Assembly: GCF_009914755.1 (NCBI RefSeq)
Contig: NC_060928.1
DNA from: the human T2T-CHM13v2.0 reference genome, Homo sapiens
Reading direction: 5' to 3' (one strand)
Length of the DNA stretch: 64,000 nt
Shown piece by piece: positions 56,173 to 64,000 of the stretch. The position numbers and the translations under genes are program-made. Position 1 is the stretch's first letter. Each line of letters begins with the position of its first letter. The notes below the pieces were generated by a model. That model saw only the letters and a list, made by a program, of their open reading frames with translations, had not been told where the DNA came from and made no database searches.

Positions 56173-56595
56173 CAGACAGTGATTCTTGATCTTTAGTGGG
56201 AATCAAAATCAGCTGAATAGAGTTGGATAGGTTTCCTGGAAGGTAGGACGTGAGCAAGTTTCTGAGTAATGTATAAAGCTTGTGAGAAAGCTGGGTGGGA
56301 AAATACAAGGTCTGTTTGGGGTATTGATCGAGCTAATTTTGGTGGGGGAGTAATGTGAGATGAGGGTGGGAAAGTAGCCTTCAATACCACTTTGAGTTTA
56401 GATTTCATATTTTTAGACTTGGAGATAGGTGAGGCTGGAGACCCTAGTCTGAGCTTGCCAGGAGAGAGGTGGGTCAGTAAACAGCACCTGAAGACCAGGC
56501 ACACCTAACACTATAGGAAGTGCCTGTTCTGTGGGAGGTGACTTTGAAGTGTGGCTGATCTCCCATCGGCTCCCATGCAGTAATAGTGACTTTGA

Positions 56596-56957
<362 letters not shown>

Positions 56958-57633
56958 TGATTAAGTGTGTTTTATATGACAGATGTGCTGAGGAGCTGTA
57001 AGTTTATTTTTCAGTAACATGCTGAGAGTGTTTTTAAAAGTAATATTTTGGGCCATGGAACCCTTTGAGAAATAAAAGTAGGAGCTGCTTTTCCACAAAA
57101 ATGCCCAAGTACAAGTAATCTTGCATAAGTTTTAGGGCTTTTGGATACTCTGAAGTCAACTCATAACCTCTGTAGGTGTTCGTAGATTCCAAGTTAATTT
57201 TTAGAATAGACTGTGGACTAATGATGGACCATGTTGGACAGGGAAATGGGGAAATCTAGGAGTCCACGCTATTTTCAGTTTTTCTTGTTAGGCATAATTT
57301 ATCATTGTGAGTCATTTAAGATCTATTTAGCAAATATTTTTGAATGAAGTTTACATAATTCACAGCCAGGTGTTTCCAATATCATACCTGGAAATATAAA
57401 GTACACATTAGAACAGGGATGGGTGTGTGTGCTGTGGTGTGTGTGTGTGTGTGTGGGGGGGGGGTGTGAGTGTGTGTATTTCAATGTGCCACGCCCATTT
57501 TCATTCCTGACAGACTGCAAAGTAATGGGTGTGTCTATTGTGTTACGTCTTCTGATTAAAACACAAGGTGGGATATAACTCAGCAATTCTGAGCATTTGC
57601 TGAAGAATGCTAGTGCTGATAGAAGTTTCATGA

Positions 57634-57966
<333 letters not shown>

Positions 57967-58020
57967 CTATAGCTCATGACATGTTCTATCCCATTTTGGA
58001 GATACACAATGCTGTGATTA

Positions 58021-58652
<632 letters not shown>

Positions 58653-58658
58653 TATAAC

Positions 58659-59236
<578 letters not shown>

Positions 59237-59659
59237 TCTACCTGTATGTTAAAGCAAATCCAGCAGCAAAGAAATCTGTTCAGCTTTGTTTAAACCCATC
59301 AGTTCCTAAGTTTATTTAACCAGGGCCTCTCTTCTCAAAGCATTCTTTTCTTTCTCAAAGGACAAAGATTGGTAAATACTAGTTTAACTTCTAATTAAAG
59401 TTGGCTGGGTGAAACATAAGTGAAGCCTTAATATGTGTGGGCTGCAGAATTTATCTTTTTTTTTTTTAATCCACATGGCAAAAATCATATAGGGGTTCTG
59501 AGTGGTAACTTAGTTTCCCTGCATGTCTAGTATCAGAATTTTGAAAAACATTGTGAGGACTGAGAGTTACCTAAATAATAACTTTAAAAAATAGCTGGTT
59601 TTGCTCCTATAAAGAAGACTGAGCCTATATTAAAAGATTATCAAGAATCGTCTTGAAAA

Positions 59660-59825
59660 TCTAGGCATAAGTGTGCACCTGTAGTCCCAGTTACTTGGGA
59701 GGCTGAGGTAGGAGGATCGCTTGAGTCTAGGAGTTCGAGGCTGTAGGGTGCCATGGTCATACCTGTGAATAGCCACTGCACTCCACTCTGGGCAATATAA
59801 TGAGATTACATACCTGAAAAAATAA
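59660..59825 (+). mobile_element. Old Alu monomer (FAM/FRAM-like)
   Basis: cctgtagtcccagttacttgggaggctgagg..cctgtgaatagccactgcactcc. Confidence 0.82.
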
Positions 59826-60789
59826 AACATGTTAGTTTTCTTCTAACCTGTGGCTTTTGTCCAACTGGAGTCCTTTCCCTAGCAAAAAGGCAAAATTGAA
59901 AATAATTGTGATGGCAGTGGAGGACCAGTGAATAACATATTTGTATTATCAAGGGAATAGCTCTTAAATAACAGGACAGACACATTAGAGCCCTTTAGAA
60001 AGGGAGCAAAGATATGAGATTATCAAATTATGAAATGTGTTATATATGAATATACTAGGGAGTACCTTTCCCTGCACCCATGGTGCAGTATAAGTCTTCA
60101 GGCATGAAACATATATTTGTTAATGGACTATTCCGGGATGACTTTTAAATATTTACACTGAATAAATACCTGTATCTGGTTGGCCCATGTCCTAGCTGCT
60201 GAATATTCAGGAAAGAATAAGGGATGGCTCCTGACCTTGAGAAGCTTAGATTTCTGGTGAAAGTAGCTTTCTCAGTGCAATTATACTGTGAGTGGCATCT
60301 TCTTCCTCTCTGGGCCCTCCCCCTGGTTCCTGCTCCCCACTACTATTGCCACAGCTGAGTGTCAGGCTGAATGAATCATGGAGCTATCTGAGGATGGCAG
60401 TACTTACATTACTTTATTACGTTGTAAAATACTTCCTGATAAGAACATACTAGTGGTTTTTTGAGTGTCTGGAAACATTGTAAACCTGTCAAATAATTCT
60501 AAAGATTCCGCTGTTAACATCAGCTTAAAGATTTGTTAGTAACGTAACTTGCCAAATTCCTTGCCCCATCACAGTGGTCTCCCTAATTAAAAAAAAAAAG
60601 TAATTAAAGGTTGAGATTTAATGAATTTTACTTACTAAATTTTCTCTGAAGCCAGAGACTTGAACATAATGAAATAATTGTTCATTTTTCAAAACCATAA
60701 TATTTTTGTCCTTTTAAAGTAGAAATGGATGGTAGAAATTGTAGAAGCTGAATAAATTTGGTGACAACTTTGTTTTTGAGTTTGTTTAA

Positions 60790-61136
<347 letters not shown>

Positions 61137-61283
61137 TGAAAATTAAAAAAACATAAAAAAGGGCAGAAATGAATTATGCAGCGTGATTTCATTATTGCTC
61201 TCAGGAACTGGATAATGCTTTAAGGTAGGACTAATCTGTTTCAATGATGAGACATTTTCTCACTATACATAGCAGTTCTGGTC

Positions 61284-61426
61284 ATTAGTGAAATTACTCA
61301 GTAAATGTTGAAGAAGAAGGAAAAATGAAGGTATCCATCATGATCCTAATTACCACCAATGAAGGTAATTAGGGAAATTACTCAGTAAATGTTGTTGAGG
61401 AAGAAGGAAAAATGAAGGTATCCATC
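61284..61426. repeat. ~56-bp direct duplication with a templated hairpin spacer
   Basis: attag(t/g)gaaattactcagtaaatgttg..gaagaaggaaaaatgaaggtatccatc at 61284-61339 and 61368-61426. Confidence 0.9.
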
Positions 61427-62336
61427 CATAACTCAAGATGATCCCCTATTTAGAGAATAAGTATACATTCTACAGGCATCTAAGGTTTTCATGTTTCTCT
61501 GTTCTGTTTGGTTTTAATGGTATAATATACATTAAAAATTGTGCATCAAGGATTTTATTTCAGGTATGTGCTGCATTGCTTCTCTTTATGTAATAAATTC
61601 CTTGTTAACTGACATTGTTTCCCGGGGATTTCCGTATGTTAACAAGTTCTTTCTACAGAGATGATTAATACTTACGGTGATCACCCTGAGGTTCCACAAA
61701 ACCCTCTTGAATCATCAGAGATGACATTCTACTCATTGTAACTTTAATGCCATGTATTTATTGTCTTTTAATTGTTTTGAAAGTTGGGCATCTGTTTGAG
61801 ATATTTTTTTCTTTTGGTTATAATGACCCGTTTCCTGAACTTTTCAGGTAAGAAACTATAGGATACTATCATGGAACCTGTTTTCTCCTGTACCCTGGTT
61901 TTAAAACCAGTGGCTGGAATTAAGACATGTGTTGAGGGAGGAAAAGGGAAAAGAGAGGAGCCTGAAGGGACTGCCGCTTTTCTCTAGCAGTGGAATAAGG
62001 AGTACTTCATTGAGCTAAGAATAATTAATGTGGAGTGTTGAAAGATCATTCTGTATTTTATGCACATGTTCCAGATAACAGCATAAGGACCTATGAAAAG
62101 CAAGAAAAAAGTTTTCTGGGGCTGTCATCTTTGATCACATAGAGATGGAGTGTGTGTTCATACACCAGCCATTCCTGTCCGTCCTTGCCACCACTGACTT
62201 AGACCAGGTGACACATGGGCCTTAGTATGAATGTTGTAATTGGAGAATCTGCCTCAATTTTGAGCTCAACTCCAGTCTGTAGACTTGCTGATACAGTAGT
62301 ATTTGTCTATCACAGCACTTAGAAATGATAGCCTGT

Positions 62337-62639
<303 letters not shown>

Positions 62640-62871
62640 TTATGGCTATATCTCTGTATCCTGTATTTAACTTATAGTCATGTGGTGTTATGAAAAAAAG
62701 TAATCAGTATATATTGAGCACTTCTTTGTACCAAGCTAAGTAATTTGGAAAGACTTGTTTGTATTTTGACCTGGATTCAGATTCCACCTCTGCTACATAC
62801 TGGCTTCATGACCTCAGTCAAGTTACTTAGCCCATCTGAGCTTCGGTGTTTGTTTTTTTCTGTATGACAGT

Positions 62872-63368
62872 TGTATGATTCTGCTAGGACAGCCATAGCC
62901 GAGTACCACAGACTGGGCAGCTTAAATGGCAGTCTTATTTTCTAGTAATTCTGGAGGCTAGAAGTCTGAGATCAAGGTGTTGGCAGGATTGGTTTCCTCT
63001 GAGGCACCTCTCCTTGGCTTGTAGGTGGCTCTTGTCACATGGTCTTACCTCTGTGCCTGTATCTTTGTCCTAATCTTCTTTTCTTTTAAGGAGACCAGTA
63101 ATATTGGATTAGGGCCCACCCTAATGACCTCATTTTAACTTAATTACCTCCTTAAAGACCCTATGTTCCCTGTAATCCTAGCACTTTGGGAGGCCCAGGT
63201 TGGAAGATCACTTAAGCCCAGGAGTTTGAGACCAGCCTGGGCAACAAGGCGAGACCCCTGTCTCTGTTTAAACAGAAAAAAAGAATCCCGTGTCTGAATA
63301 CAGTCACATTCTGGGGGGTAAGGAATTCAACATGAGTACTTGAGGGACATGTCCAGCCGCCTGTAACA
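62872..63368 (-). mobile_element. MLT1B/C-like MaLR LTR with FLAM insertion (+, ~63168-63282)
   Basis: agtaccacagactgggcagcttaaa..ttctggaggctagaagtctgagatcaaggtgttggcagg..attggattagggcccaccctaatgacctcattttaactt..tgtaaca. Confidence 0.85.
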
Positions 63369-63401
63369 GCAGTGAAAATGACATGTGCTCAAGTGGGTTT
63401 A

Positions 63402-63655
63402 TTTTACTTTTTAATTTTTGTGGGTACACAGTAGGTATATATATTTGTGGGTTATCTGTAATATTTTGATACAGGCATGCAATGTGTAATAATTACATCA
63501 GGGTAAATAGGGTATCTATCACCTGAGGCATTTTTGTTGTTGTTCTTGCAAACAAATATACTCTTTTATTTTAAAATGTATGATTAAATTATTTTTGACT
63601 ATAGTCACCCTGTTGTGCCAGCAAATACTAGGTGGCACAATTTTTTTGTACCCAT
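63402..63655 (-). mobile_element. L1MA-type 3' end fragment
   Basis: tttgtgggtacacagtaggtatatatattt..gatacaggcatgcaatgtgtaataattacatcagggtaaat..gactatagtcaccctgttgtgc. Confidence 0.82.
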
Positions 63656-63885
63656 TCAAGTGTTGTGTTGTTGTGAGGATTAAATGAAATAGTATATGCA
63701 TGTGAGCTTAGTGCATGCATAATGTTAGCTTTCTCCTTGCTAGAGCGGGGTAGAATCTTGTTTTCTTTATATTCTATCCAAGTATAAACAGTAAATAAAT
63801 GTCAGTGAAATTGTGTTTTAAGTATGTAGGTGCCCCTTTTCATAATTCTCATCTTCCTCGCCTCCACTCTTGCAACTAAATTAGT

Positions 63886-64000
63886 ATTTTTTTCTTTTCT
63901 TGAGATGGAGTCTTGCCTTGTCACCAGGCTGTAGTGCAGTGGTGCTATCTCGGCTCACTGCAACCTCCACCTCCCAGGTTCTAGCGATTTTCCTGCCTCA
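63886..64000 (-). mobile_element. Alu, cut by window end
   Basis: gagatggagtcttgcc..gtgcagtgg..ctcactgcaacctcc. Confidence 0.9.

Noticed and set aside
61284-61426. Repeat-spacer-repeat pattern as a CRISPR-like array
   Set aside because: Only two copies, spacer derived from local sequence, eukaryotic context and no cas genes

Overview
Primate (almost certainly human) genomic DNA, not a prokaryotic or viral accessory region. The only supportable protein-coding sequence is the first coding exon of ARHGAP10 (GRAF2; BAR-PH-RhoGAP-SH3 family) at 24408-24561 (+). It lies in a CpG-island promoter (~23700-24900), preceded by ~23 kb of intergenic DNA and followed by ~39 kb of intron 1; I could not find exon 2 in the window. 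The rest is mostly interspersed repeats: about 60 Alus, a MER41 LTR, MaLR LTRs, L1/L2/CR1 fragments, MER2/MER44/MER20/MER33/MER5 DNA transposon fossils, a 5S rRNA pseudogene and microsatellites. Nearly all ORFs in the track are Alu-, microsatellite- or GC-derived artefacts. I do not see a new multi-gene biological system. The items most worth checking are: (1) a ~128-bp unique segment copied 12 kb away together with an Alu into an old MER5; (2) a MER41 LTR retaining both STAT GAS motifs 23 kb upstream of the gene; (3) a 12-codon uORF before the ARHGAP10 ATG; (4) paired AG|GT recursive-splice-like sites in intron 1; (5) several templated fold-back or duplication scars, one inside the 5S pseudogene. 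Repeat family names are recalled from consensus sequences, no search was run, and repeat boundaries are approximate unless a TSD is quoted.
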